This document shows positions 49,496 through 62,491 of a stretch of 64,000 nucleotides of DNA, one piece after another (the first letter of the stretch is position 1; each line of letters begins with the position of its first letter). The stretch is from positions 626,941 to 690,940 of the forward strand of contig MU058844.1 of NCBI GenBank assembly GCA_013265495.1. The letters are read 5' to 3'. The notes beneath the pieces were generated by a model. The model ran no database searches and was not told where the DNA came from. It saw only the letters and a program-made list of their open reading frames with translations. The translations under genes and the position numbers were made by a program. Source of the stretch: Vicugna vicugna. Its lineage: Eukaryota.

Positions 49496-49643
49496 AAAAA
49501 CAAAGGAGTTGGTATAATAACCACTTTGTTTATATATTCTAAATAAATAATTATAAATATTATTTATGTAATATATTAACTATATTATTTTATGTTAAAT
49601 CTACACAATATTTTAAATTATATATCATATATATTATTATATA

Positions 49644-49924
49644 TACTTTTGTCAAAGAAGCAACTCTTTCCTTAAGTTTTAAATGAAAATGCTTTTATTG
49701 ACTATATATAATGTAATATAAAATATAATATATAGTGTATATTATTTTATTTGTACATTATAGATAATATAATTAAGTATTATTATATATTAGGTATGTA
49801 ATATTTACATAAGTGTATTTTATTTTATATTTTACATATAAATATAAAAATATATATTTATATATCAATAAGGATATTTTCATTTAAAACTTGTTAAAGG
49901 AAAGTGTTCCTGCTCTGACAAGTA
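49644..49924. repeat. Imperfect inverted repeat around an AT-rich core
   Basis: Left arm TGTCAAAGAAGCAACTCTTTCCTTAAGTTTTAAATGAAAATGCTTTTATTGA versus reverse-complemented right arm TGTCAGAGCAGGAACACTTTCCTTTAACAAGTTTTAAATGAAAATATCCTTATTGA. Confidence 0.9.
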
Positions 49925-50259
49925 AGAATCTGGTTGCTCATCTCATTTTGTCTCTATTTGAAATGTGTGTTCTCAAACAATGATATAGTCCTCTGTTTTT
50001 GAGCATATTTAATACATCCATAAATGTTCTGTTGCTCTTAAAAAATTTAAAAATTACAATATAACTTTCATAAAGTAATAAATTTTAAGTTCAGCTTAAT
50101 GGAATTTTATGTATCTATCTACATGCCATTGAGTATGTACATTTGAAGTACCCTAAGTGATCACCTTATTATGCCTATTTTCATTTCTACCTGACTACTC
50201 TCTAATTTAAAAAAAAAAAAGACCAAGAGAAGCAAGGGGGGATGATAAGGAGAAGAGAA

Positions 50260-50475
50260 TGAACATTGATGAGTGCTACCTTGTGGCAGGCATCCCATGG
50301 CTCCTTACATGGACTCTCCAGTTCAATACTTAGACAAACATAATGGGGTCAGTCATGTTATCCCCATTATAAAGAGGAGGACATTGGGGTTCAGAGTGGC
50401 TCAGGAATTTGTCTATGATCATACAGTTAGTTAGACAGAATTTGAAATGAGGCTTCTTTGATCCCAAAGCTTTAT
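50260..50475 (-). mobile_element. MIR
   Basis: TTATCCCCATTATAAAGAGGAGGACATTGGGGTTCAGAG. Confidence 0.75.
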
Positions 50476-50511
50476 TCTTTCTCTTGGACAATTACCAAGA
50501 AGCCATGGTAC

Positions 50512-51045
50512 ACCCTCTTAACTTGGGTTTCCCAGAAAGCAGAGCCTGGGATATTTTGTTTGAAAAGTGATCTCAGAGAGGAGTGGAAAATAAGAGATGG
50601 GATAGAGAAAGAGGGAAAGCCAATACAAGGATGAGATATTGGTTTGACCACTCCTGCAGACAAGTTCACTGGAACCTTCTGAAAAGCCTTATGAAGTACG
50701 TCTCAAAAATTCCTGCATGGAAGATTTAAAAAAAAAAGTGACTATATATTCATTAGCTTCTGTCACATATTGGTCAAGCGTAGTTCCATGGCATGAATGA
50801 CCTTCTTACTTCTGGGTTGTAATGTGGTTGTGCCAATATTCCCCTTGGTGTACTGTACCTTGCAGAAGAGAAGACCTGGGACGGGAAGCAAGAGGTATGC
50901 AAAGGGAGTGCAGGTGAGACGCTATCAGATTTACACCCATAGGAAGCTGGACAAAGACTCCATGGAACTCAATGCTGCAGCAGTGGGCTGAGTAGGAGAT
51001 GGGGCTGAGAGGATGTGAAGTGGAGCATGACAGTATTCAATACAC
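50512..51045 (-). mobile_element. LTR33-like ERVL LTR
   Basis: TTGGGTTTCCCAGAAAGCAGAGCCTGGGA...GTGATCTCAG...GAAAGAGGGAAAGCCAATACAAGG. Confidence 0.7.
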
Positions 51046-51585
51046 ACACCAAGAACGTTTTGGTAGTGTAGTCCCGGTTGGGAAACAGTATTCCAGTAAC
51101 ATGCCTCTTCTTGTAGCGGAGATTTCAGCCTGAACCCAGAACTATTCTTTTGCTGGAGTTCATGTCCAGGCATATTTGGCAAACTAATGGCACAGACCTG
51201 AGAGAATCTATTTGTATACATCAATATGGAAGAGCCTAGAAAGAGATATTAACAGATGGAGGGAATCAGATGGTAACTATCCCATTACAAGGTCTGAACT
51301 GTATGGGAAAAGGGGGTTCAGGAAGAAAGGGCAGGATCTGTTTTAAGAGGGATCCAGTACCTTCATACCCAGCAGGGCAAACTCTGTAAAGGCCCTGGTG
51401 ACAAAGTGTGAGAAAACAGTAGGGAAGCTGAGCGTTCTTCCCACTTCTGCATGCTTCCTCAGGGAAGATCAAATGTTTATAATGCTATAAACACAGTTTG
51501 GGTGCTTCCAAGAATGCTGTTCCAGGATGCCTGATTACCCTGTATATTTAGAGACTGAGGAAATTTTTTAGAGATGTTAGTAACT

Positions 51586-52135
51586 GTCATAACTGGGGAC
51601 TGGCCAGTGAGGGGTGGGACTCAGAGTCTGAACCAGCCTCCAGAGATAGCACAGGGGTGATCCAAACAGTAAGCAATAGAAAGAAGGCTTGGCAAGCGAG
51701 CAGAGTTCAGTATTCAGTCACAGATAGCTCCAGTGCAGGTGGCTATTCAATGGAAGAGCAGAGACCCGGTCATGGGAACTTGGTAAGGCGGTTACACCAG
51801 GGGTTATTCCAGGCCCAGAGGAAATAGCACACAGAGCAGAAATCCAAGATGCAGCTCAGGAAGGGTTGGGGAGGAGTCAAATAAAATCCCAAATGGGCTG
51901 AATCCAGTCACCAGAAATAATGAGCCTGGAGACTGACCAGCCTAGGGCTCCATTTAGCTCATCTGCCTAGGGTACGTCTGAATGACTAGAGGGAAGTAAA
52001 GAGGCTGTTTACTAGCTGAACAGGCAAGTGGGCAGCGGGGGCAGTGAGTCAAACAGCTCTCCACAGCTGAATTATCAATCAGCAACGTATGTCGGAATCC
52101 CCCAGGATTCACGAGGCAGGGCCCAGTTGGTGACA
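51586..52135 (-). mobile_element. Possible ancient LTR (Gypsy-like)
   Basis: TGTCA...TGACA termini and recurring AGCAGAG/AATCCAG motifs; no TSD visible. Confidence 0.35.
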
Positions 52136-52164
52136 GCCTGTCAGCAACAGACCTGAGAAGAGTA

Positions 52165-54378
52165 GGCTTGTTATTTTTGTCTGTCCAGAATCCCTTTTCT
52201 TCTTCTTATTCCAAAAAAACTACTCCCCCCCTTTTTCTTTTTCCTTCCAGCTTTGCTGAGATATAATTGACATATAGCACTAATAAGTTTAAGGTATACG
52301 ACATAATGATTTCACTGACATGCATCATGAAATGATTATCACAGTAAGTTTAGTGAATGTCCATCATCTCATATAAAAAAATTGAAGAAGTAGAAAAAAC
52401 TTTTTTTGTGTGATGAGAATTCTTAGGATTTACTCTCAACAACTTTTGTATATAACATACAGCGGTGTTAATTATATTTATCATGTTATGCATTACATCC
52501 CTGGTACATATTTATCTTATAACTGGAAGTTTGTAAACTTTTGACTGCCTTCATCCAATTCCCCCTCCCCACCCCCCACCTCTGGTAACCACAAATCTGA
52601 TCTCTTTTTCTATGAAGTTTGTTTGTTTTTGAAGTATAATTGACATACAACACTTTGTTCCTGTTATACAACATAGTGATTTGGTATTTCTATACATCAT
52701 CAAAATTATCACCATAAGTCCAGTTATGATATGTCACCATACAAAGATATTACATTGCTTTTGACTATTTTCTCTACACTATACATTTCATACCCATGAA
52801 TCATTTATTTTACAACTGGAAATTTGTACCTCTTACTGTCCTCCACCTATTTCTCACCTCTCCCCCACCCCTTCCCTCTGACAACCACCTGTTTGTTCTG
52901 TGTATCTATAACTCTGGTTTTGTTTTGCTATGTTTGTTAGTTTATTTGTTTTTTAGATTCCACATATAATACAGTATTTGCCTTTCTCTGTCTGACTTAC
53001 TTCAGTTAGCATAACACCCTCTGGGTCCATCCATGTTGTTGCAAATGGCAAGATTTCGTTCTTTTTTCCTGGCCGTGTAATATTCCATCTCCATCCATTC
53101 ATCTGTTAATGGGCACTGAGGTTGCTTTCATATCTTAGCTATTGTGAATAATGCTGCAATGAACATACGAGTGCACATCACTTTTCAAATTAGTATTTTT
53201 GTTTTCTCTGGATCAATACCCAGGAGTGGAATTTCCTGATTATATGGTAATTCTAATTTTAACTTTTTGAGGAATCTCCATACTGTTTTCCCTAGTGGCT
53301 GCACCAATTTACAATCCCATCAACAGTGGACAAGAGTTCCCTTTTCTCTGCATCCTCACCAGCACTTGTTATTTGTTGTATTTTTGATATTAGCCATTCT
53401 GACAGGTGTGCGGTGGTATCTCATTGTGGTTTTGATTTGCATTTCCCTGATGATCAGTGATGATGAACATCTTTTCATGTGCCTGTTGTCCATCTGTATG
53501 TATTCTTTGGAAAAATATCTATTCAGATCCACAGTGCATTTTTTAATTGGGTTGTTTGTTATTCTGATGTTGAGTTGTATGAGTTCTTTGTATATTTTGG
53601 GTACTAACCTCTTAGATATATTGTATGCAAATATCTTCTCTCATTCAGTAGGTAGCCTTTTCATTTTGCTGCTGGTTTCCTTTGCTGTTCAAAAGGTTTT
53701 TAGTTTGAGGTGATCCCATTTGTTTATTTTTGCTTTTGTTCCCATTGCCTGAGGAAACATATCAAAAAAAAAAAAAGTACCAAGACCAGTGTCAAAGAGA
53801 GCACTGCCTATGTTCTCTTTTAGAAGTTGCATGGTTTCCAGTCTTACATTTATCTCCAATCTATTTTGAATTTATTTTTGTGCATGGTATGAGAGAGTCG
53901 TCCAGACTGACTCCTTTGCATGTAGCTGACATGTGACCTAAGCCCTGTCAATCAGAGTGCTTTGTTGCCATGCTTTGGGGAACAGCAGGAAACCTAGAAA
54001 GGCCCATCAGATTCTTCCTTGAGATTTGATATTTAGATGCTTAGACAGAGAGCAGAGCTCTCTCAGTCTTGGGATCACAAGCTGTAAAGATGATTTAGAT
54101 GGGAATTGTTTTCTGTTACCTTTTCTGGATGCATAAGGAAAATCATCTACAATTAGAGAGAATGAGTTCAACATTCAAAGAGAATAAGAAATGAAGAGAG
54201 ATGAGAGATGGGTAGAGAGTGACAGGGTCCTAAGGACATAAGCTGGGCCTTGAATCCAGCTGTGCCTGAAGCAGAAGCCATCCCTGCTTTTTAAGGAACC
54301 AATAAGTTCTCTCTTATTTAAGTCAGTTTCCAGCCTATTTCAGTTGGAATTTGCCATCTAAGGGAATCAGACTAATCT
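52165..54378 (+). mobile_element. MLT1K/L-like MaLR LTR split by an L1
   Basis: TGTCTGTCCAGAATCCC before the L1; ACATGTGACCTAAGCCC...TGAATCCAGCTGTGCCTGAAGC...CCAATAAGTTC...GACTAATC after it. Confidence 0.72.
52230..53927 (-). mobile_element. L1 3' UTR plus ORF2 C-terminal region (L1MA9-like)
   Basis: Continuous L1 sequence; track ORF 53267-53713 is the usual antisense frame of L1 ORF2. Confidence 0.93.
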
Positions 54379-54479
54379 GTTTATTTATTGCTTCACAGTA
54401 GTATCTATCTATTGCCTCCATCCATACCTAGCTTGAAATTTAGAGTTTGGACTGATAATACTTGCTCAAGTCTGGCCTC

Positions 54480-55150
54480 CATTGCTCTTCCCAAGGACAC
54501 ACTGACCACCTGAGTGAAGATATCTGGTGATACCAGATCTGTGAGATCTGTGTCTTTGCCTTTGCTGTCTTTGACATTTCCTTGTTCTTTAGAGCTTACA
54601 CGTCCCTTCTTGCCCTTGGTCTTTAACTGTGGATGAAATCCTCAGCTCTTTCCACTTTGACTCCTCCTTTTGACCAATGAGTTTCAAACCTACAACTCAA
54701 ATCCTGACCTTTCTCCTGAAACCAGATACCTGTTTTTAATTTCTATTTGTGGGTTCAATGATCAGCTCACACTCAACAAGTCTCCGACAGAACTCATCAG
54801 TCTCCTGGTACCATTGATGGCACCACCATTGCACCAATCATCTGCTTCTGGCAATCCCAAAATTATCTGGGCTGTTCCTTCCCTCATGCTCATGTGCACT
54901 AAGTCAATGAGACATCCTCATGATGTCTGCATGTGTCAGGAGCTGTGTGAGGTGCTGCAGGGAGAAGAAAGTTCAGGCATGGTCCCTGACCTGAAGTGTT
55001 TGCATTATAGTAGAGGAGCAATCCAAGGCAGGAAGTGCCAAGTGCCAAAACAGTGGCAGCCAAGAAAGGACAAAGGGAGCCTGATAGTATACAGCATTCA
55101 TGTCTGCTACTGGGGGTCAGGGAAACCATGGAAGAATTTCCATAGCCTAT
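54480..55150. mobile_element. L2 fragments, both orientations
   Basis: TCCTGACCTTTCTCCTGAAACCAGA...CTCACACTCAACAAGTCT...GATGGCACCACCAT; then ATGTGTCAGGAGCTGTG...ATGGTCCCTGACCTGAAG. Confidence 0.65.
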
Positions 55151-55269
55151 GAAGGGAGAAGGACATTATGAGAAAAGGGAACCAGGAGAGCAATTGATTG
55201 AAGTGCTTCTGGAATGATGACTTGTGTTTGCTGATACATGGGGGTGGCTGGGGAAAGCACTGGGAAACC

Positions 55270-55780
55270 ATGGTTGAGGTCAACACTGTGGATGGGGCAC
55301 ACAAAAACCAGTCACAGTCCCCTTCTGTCTTGTCTTCTCATATTATGGACGTGGAAAGCTGAAACACCAGCTTCCCTTGGATTATGCATGACCAACTACT
55401 GGCCAAAGAGCATAAAGAGAGTATAACCTGGTGTGAATCATGGGAAGGTGTTCAAAAAGTAGCCAGGATGTGCTGGCATGTTCATCTTGTTCTTCCTCTC
55501 CCTACTTCTTCCTACTTCAGAGCACACATCATTACTTGTGGGTACAGCAGCCATCCTGGCACCATGAAACCCTCCAAGAATGAGGATATGTTTGTAGGAT
55601 GGCAGAGGAGAGACAGAAAGATCCTGCTTCCTTGATGACATCATCTGGCTACTGTGAAGCTCTGGATTGTTTCCCCCACATGCCTTATACATGAAAAAAA
55701 AAAAAGAATCCCTACTTGAGTAAAATCACTGTTAGTTAGATATTCTTTTGCTCACAGATGAATAAAATGCTAACTTATAA
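55270..55780 (+). mobile_element. MLT1J-like MaLR LTR
   Basis: CAGCTTCCCTTG...CTGGCCAAAGAG...CAGCAGCCATCCTGGCACCATGA...CCTTGATGACATCAT...GCTAACTTATA. Confidence 0.7.
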
Positions 55781-56361
55781 GCCATATGTTAGAAATACTG
55801 CATGCCATTCTAGAGAAATCGAAGTTTATTCTTTAAGCAAGGAAGAGGCAGAAAGCTCTTTATGTAGAAGTTAGGGGGACACCGTTATCAGAAACCCTTC
55901 TCCTTCTGCTATTTACTTGTCTGTATCCTTCAAAGCTCAGTTCAGTCTCCCCCTATTCATGGAAGCTTGTCTCTCATCTTAGCCACATTTATCCTCATTC
56001 CCTGTTGGGCAATTATCAAGTGGAGCTTAGTGACATGTATTGTTACTGATTCTTTGCGGGTGTATGTTATGCATCCCCAGTAAGACTGTTAAGTGCCTTA
56101 TAGGTAATGGTCATGTTTTATCCTTTCTCTCACAAGTGCTCAGGCTGGTGAGAATCACACACTGTTTCGGTGCTCAGGCAAGGGAGGGTTTGAATTCTGA
56201 CTCCATCATGGAGATCTTAGGCAAAATTTTTAGCCTCCCTAGGCCTCAGTTTCCTCCTCCGGGGCACAAAGATTGATAGTGGAACTTGACTCAGAGGGCT
56301 ATTGTGAGGCTCAAATGAAACATTTTTATGAGTTCCTTAGCATCATCTTAGTCATCGCATG

Positions 56362-56842
56362 TGTAGTAGATGGATTGTGTTAATGACCTCCCTGTACCCA
56401 CATGCCTTCCAGTGTGACTTTGCAGCTCTTCCCATCAAGAGGTGAACTCCATTTCTCCATCCCTGAGTCTTGGCTGGCCCTGTGACATTCTTTGGTCAAT
56501 AGAATGTGGCAGAAGTGAGGCTGTGCTAGCTCTCAGTCTAGGCCTCAAGAGGCCTGGACGTTTCCACTCTCCTTCTTGGGGCCCCTGAATTTACCGTAAG
56601 AACAAGCCCAGGAGAGTTGCTGGAGGCTGGGAGACCTCATGGAGGAAAGATGCGTCTTCCCAGAGGAAGCCCTCCTAGACCAGACAGTCTGCCTGTTAGC
56701 TATAGACACATGACAGAGTCCAGCCAGGAGCAGGAAACCCACTCAGGAGACCTGCACACTTATGAGCAATAATAAATGCTAATTGTTCCAAGCCAGTAAG
56801 TTTTGAGGAGTTTTTTTTTATATAGCAGTAGTCAACTGATAC
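56362..56842 (+). mobile_element. MLT1F-like MaLR LTR
   Basis: GACTTTGCAGCTCTTCCCATCAAGAGGTG...CAATAGAATGTGGCAGAAGTGA...CTAGGCCTCAAGAGGCC...AACTGATACA. Confidence 0.85.
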
Positions 56843-57236
56843 AAGTTACCCAAGAGAGAGGAGAGACTTTGTTTCATTCACCACTGTATCCCCAATGCCT
56901 AGAAGAGCGCATTATCAGGTGCTCAATATATGTGTTGAATAAATTCCTGAATGTAATTATGATTATTATTATCATCTTAAAGGCTCATAGTGACAAGTTA
57001 ATGAGACAATACAGGGAAAGCATTTAGCATTGTTTCTGGCACACAGTGACTTCTCAGTAAAGGTTAGCTATTAATGGGGTGATCAACAATGACTAATCAG
57101 TTGATTAACACATTTTTAATTAATATAACAATAGCTGATGAGTAATGCTGTCCTAAGCCCAGTAAATGAAGCAATCCTCTGTCTTTCAGAAAACGTAACA
57201 CTAACCACAACTGGGCCTTTAGCCTGTAACTTTAAA

Positions 57237-57284
57237 TAGATAGATAGATGATAGATAAATAGATAGGTACATAGATAGATAGGT
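57237..57284. repeat. Degenerate (GATA)n microsatellite
   Basis: TAGATAGATAGATGATAGATAAATAGATAGG... Confidence 0.85.
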
Positions 57285-58262
57285 AATAAAAGAACTTCCC
57301 CAGGAAACCTGCAAAACAAAATTCCAGAGGAGCTGTGCTTAGGACCTTGGAGCTTGGAGCTAAGGCATTGTCCTCTTACCAACCACCGTTTTCTTTTCCA
57401 TTTTCCTCTCCTTTGCTATTTTTCCAGCATGAGGCCACCGTGTGTCGAGTTCCCAGCTCTTCTCAGTATGCTGCTTCTTCCCCACTAGGTGCTGGGGAGC
57501 TCCCTCCTGGGTGGTGACCATGGGGGTAGGTGGAGGGGGTGGGAGTAGGACATGGGGCATGAAGCCTGGGGTAACTCCTCTGTAACTGCGCTACAGGGCG
57601 GGTCTTGCTTGCTTGCTCTACTTTGCTATTGTGAAAAGAGGCCTTTTCTTCCTCACCAAGCAGAAGGTTCACACTTTGTAATCTCTCAGTGATCCTGTTG
57701 TTCCCAAATTACACTTGGCCGCTAGAAGGATGAACACATTGTGCCCTCTCCATGGGACTCATTACTTACATTCTGGAGACTGTCATTTATGAAATTCTGA
57801 CTTTCTTTCATTTTGTATTTACATGAGGCAAAGCTAAGAATATTGTAATTGTCTGTGATGTTTTGAAAACACTTGTCACAATCCGAAGCCAAATGCTGAT
57901 TAATGTTAAGTGTTTTGAAGAACCAAGGTTTTGGCTCATTAACTAGACTTGAATAGCATTACCCATCAGCTTCAAGTTCTAATAATTGCTCATCACAGAT
58001 TGGCGCTAATTTATTAATAATGGTGCTGACAGATTTGTATGTTTTCCCCACATTGAATATTATGTATATATAAAGGCTAGTGTGAATGCCAAACCCGGAG
58101 TTAGAAGACCTGGTCCCAGATTTGCCACAATGTGACCACGAGCAAATCAGCTGACCTCTCTCTGTCCCCATTTCCTCATGTAAAATCAGGGGCTTAGATG
58201 TAATGATCTTCAATATCCTTCTTACCATGATTCAGTGGTTATCAATTTTATGTAGTTTGTTC

Positions 58263-58500
58263 TTTTTTTTTTTAATTGAAGTACAGTCAGTTACAATGTG
58301 TCAATTTCTGGTGTACAGTACATTGTCCTAGTTATGCATATACATACATATATTCATTATATTCTTTTCCATTTGCATATTCTTTTTCATTAAAGGTTAT
58401 TACAAGATATTGAATATAGTTCCCTGTGCTATACAGAAGAAATTTATTTATTTTTTAAATCTATTTTTGTATATAATGGCTAACATTTGCAAATCTCAAA
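58263..58500 (-). mobile_element. Lineage-specific L1 3' end
   Basis: TSD TTATGTAGTTTG(T/A)TC at 58248-58262 and 58510-58524; 9 extra nt at the 5' junction. Confidence 0.9.
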
Positions 58501-58859
58501 TTAGCAGTGTTATGTAGTTTGATCATGAGTCGCACAATAAGCACAGATTCATTTTAGGAAAGGCATAACGTGGGGCTAACTGATGTACATGGAATACGGG
58601 CAAAGATGTCAGTTTATTTCCTTTCCTCTCTGCATCTTTTCTATATTAAGAGGGAAAGAAATGTTCCCTGTTGGGCTTGCAGGATAAGCCCTTAATCAAA
58701 TGTTACATACCATCTGTTTGAGACAGTATTTGGTAAGTCAAATTTAAGTAGCTGTAATCACTGCGGAATCTGAAATGGTTTCCTGTTATCCTGCCTATTT
58801 TCTGAAGCAGAGGGAGGTAGTCTAGTTGCTTAAGCCAGTACAAAGCAGTAATATTCCAA

Positions 58860-59080
58860 GGAAGAAAGACACTTATTTTGAGGCTCATAATTTAGAGCTG
58901 CCTATTGAGTCTGCCTTTCATTTTTCTCCCTTTTCTCCCATTTATTTACACTGCTTCTCTACCCCGCTTCTTTATCAAAAATCAACCCCCTCATTGTGGC
59001 TCACTGTCTTCCTCTCTATTCCCATTCCTTGGCATAATCCTTGGAGATTTCAACGTACTTGTTGATAATTCTTACCCTGG
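58860..59080 (+). mobile_element. L2 ORF2 endonuclease-region fragment
   Basis: Translates ...GIILGDFNVLVD (APE GDFN motif) in a C/T-rich L2-like context. Confidence 0.55.
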
Positions 59081-61776
59081 CATTAAAAGATGTTACTGAT
59101 TGGGTCAAGATCACATTTTTTTGATTCATGCCAGAGGATGATAGATTGTTGTGAGGATTAATTCAGACAACATATACAGAGTGCAGATCCATGAAGTGCT
59201 CCCCAACAGGTGTTAGAATCACAAAAATACAGAGCTTCGTCACGCTGCCTGTCCTGCTCTCTGTAACTCTCCACTGTAGTAATTTATTTCTCTAGTTTGA
59301 AGACTAGGAAGGTGGCTTCTGAAGTTGCCTTAGTTTTCCTTCCATCAATAGACGTGTTTTCTTAAAGACCCTCTGTCTCTTCTACTAGCTGGATAGCGTG
59401 TAACACACCACCCTTTTCTATTTGAAAAGCAGGGGTTATCCTCTGGAGCTCTGGCTATTTCCTGCTGGCTGGGGAGCAACAGCCAAGTAAATGGTGGAGA
59501 TCATCTTGAGTTCACCACTGGTCAAAATCCATGGGGTTGGGTTACCTGGGCATGGGCATCCCCATAAATCTAACGCCTTCCAAGATACTAAGTGTCATGT
59601 AAACAGCTCCACCACTGCTGCGCCATGAGTGTCTATTGTCACCCATCAGAAGACAATGCCATGGGCTGTTCGCTTGATGTGGAAACAAGACACCACCCCT
59701 TCCCAGAGTTTTTCAAGTTCTTAAGTTCTGATCCTGGTCAGCAGTGGTGCTGTTTTATCTGGAACTACCAAAGAACATTGATGGGAGAATGTGGGATTGT
59801 TGGTGACAGGACCTCATAGGACTCACCTAGCATATCTGGGTGCAGCAGGGATGGGTAAAGATTGGGGATCTGGAGGTACAGGTTGCCTTTCCATGGTCAG
59901 AGAAAGATCCTGGGGCTGATGGAACCTGATGCTCTGGTCTTCTGTACCATGTTCTGCCATGTGTATGGGGAGAACTACACTCAATGCTAGGGCCTGCACC
60001 TCCCAAAGGCTCTGTCAACTTTCTTTTAAAACCAACTTAAAATGATGAATGCTAGGCAGACATTGTTACCCCCACTCCAAGGATGAGAACACTGAAGTCA
60101 AAGATCTGGTCCAAGGTCACCAGGCAAGATCTCACTAAAGGCAGAAATAGAATCTGAGTCTCAATTTCTGATCCAGGTCTCATTTTTTATACCACTGTGC
60201 CATGGCCAGGGTGACATGATGAGGCATTCAAACCTGAGAGCCAAGTTCTGGGTTCAGGTTGCGTCTTTCTGTTCTTTAACTTGCAGATGGGTCAGGACAG
60301 CTCTATGCTCTGACCTTAGGCTGGAGAGTGTTACCACAGTTCCTGGTCCTGATGTCGAATGGGGGAGGGTGGGACTTAGCACCAACATTTAGATCATAGT
60401 TGATTCAAAAAATTGCTCCAAACTCTGAGAGCAGGGAGTTTGAAGCTTTTAACCCTATCAAGCAGAACTGGTTTTTAGTGCATGATTTGCAATAATGAAG
60501 CTGATTCAGACAACCATCACCTGTCATAGGTCCTTGCTGGGGAGGCACCAAGAGGCCAGGACCCAGATTTTAAGAACAGAGTACCCTAGATTAAAATCTT
60601 GACTGTGATCTTGGACAAGTCTCTTAACCTCTCTGTAGTTCAATTTCCTGGTCTGTAAAATGGGTAAAAAGAACCCTTTAGGATGATATCATCTTTGCAA
60701 TGTCCCTGTCACATGAGAGAGTTTCAGGAAATAGTGGTTTCTTCACTCCTCCTCACCCCACACACTCATTGAATATAGTAGCCTTATTTTGAACCTGGCA
60801 TTAAAAGAATAAATATTATGCCTGGGTAAGCTTAGTGACTCAAGAATTAGCAAAAATGAGGTCTTTAGGGTCAGCTATGCCACATGCCAAGAATAGATTT
60901 CCTGTTAATGAGCTTTAAATATATTAATGAGAGAATGTTTGTATTCCTTGGATGGAAGTACAGTACAATATTTTGTGCCACTGGTATCCATGTGGAAGTA
61001 CTGAGATAAATGGGTCCCAGTAAGTTGTGCATTGTGAGTGAATTGAACCCTTTTTCTTCTTAAGTTACCAGGGTATTTGATCCCAAAAGGGAAAAACATG
61101 CAAATACATGCCATATTCTGCAACTGTAATTACTGATGACTGAAATTGAAGCACAGCCTTTTACTTAGGAGTTTTATGATCAAGAATTAAGAAATTTAAA
61201 AATAATAAACCACAGGATAAACTTTTACCTTTAAATATAATTGATTTGAAATGACTTCAGTACTTTAAAAAATTGGGGAGAGAATGACATTCTCCTGTAA
61301 TTTATGAAAAACAGGTCTGTTTGTCTTATCTGCTTTATGGCCCACGATATACATTTAATTAAAATCCCTCTATCTGTAACACACTTAGAATGGCAGTGGG
61401 CAAGTGGGCAGATGCAAAGCGCTGTGGCATAATCCTGCCCTCAAAGAGCTGACACTCTGGTCAGTCCTTTGGGTAATAGCCCAAATAAACCTGGCCAGAG
61501 CAACTGTGGGAAAGCAGGCTGTTCTCTTTCTGTATCCATCTCTCGGTCTCCCTCTCGCCCTCCCTCTTACCCTCTCTGTGAAATAGAACATATGAATGAA
61601 TGGAGAAGGCAGCTAATTCACCCCCAGATTGAATTCTGGATTACTGAAAATAACTAGGCTTTTCTGCCAAAAGTCTGAAAAGAAGCAAAAATGTCAATTA
61701 TTATTTTAAAGTTGTATCTAATATACAACTAATGAAAAAATAGCTAAAATTCTAAATAATCATCACACATACATTT

Positions 61777-61831
61777 CAAGTTGTAAATAGTAGATTTCCA
61801 TTTACAAGTTGTAAATAGCAGATTTCCATTT
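61777..61831. repeat. 28-bp tandem duplication
   Basis: CAAGTTGTAAATAG(T/C)AGATTTCCATTT twice. Confidence 0.9.
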
Positions 61832-62264
61832 CCCTGCTCTGGGGCTCTAAAGTAGAGCTGTCCTTCCAGACTATGACATTCCAAGTTCTCATTTGTATAC
61901 AAGCAGATACAATGAATGCCCTTCTAGTTCCAAGGGTGGATGGTGATAGTGGGCCCATCAACTATGTCAATGGATATATTAAACATCATCTGGGCATAGG
62001 CAAGTAACAGGCACTCCTTCCAGCCATACTACCCAGCTCGTATTCATAAAGAGGAGAAGAGGGTATTTCCAATGTGCTGTCAATAGGGCATGAACTTTTA
62101 GTTGTTTCTCTTTTATTCAATTACTTATTAACTCATTCATTCATTTGATCATTCAACCAAGATGTATATAAATACCCACTACGTCCCAAGCCCTGTACTG
62201 GGTGCTGAGCTTCAGAGAGGAATGTGGTACCATAGCTGTCCTAGGTGAATTAACCGTATAAAGA

Positions 62265-62442
62265 ACAGTCCTTTCCCTGTAGTCCATAGATTCCCAGTGG
62301 GCTTTAGGGAATCAAGAAATCCCCTGAAATGCAATCATTGGTCTGAATGTATGTATACAAATTTGGGGGGGTGGGGGACAAGAATCCATATCTTTCATCA
62401 GATCATCAAAGGGATCCAGATCTTAAAAAATTAAGAACAGAC
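62265..62442. mobile_element. MER103-like hAT-Charlie MITE
   Basis: GTCCATAGAT...CCCCTGAAAT...TCCATATCTTTCATCAGATCATCAAAGGGATC...TTAAGAAC. Confidence 0.7.
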
Positions 62443-62491
62443 CTAGAAGAGAAGAAAACCCAGTTCACCTCCAACAAACAACCATCAGCTC

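Noticed and set aside
53267..53936. Hydrophobic 148-aa and 68-aa ORFs
   Set aside because: Standard antisense frames of L1 ORF2.
54670..55152. 160-aa ORF
   Set aside because: Spans two decayed L2 fragments in opposite orientation with a non-ATG start; a chance open frame.
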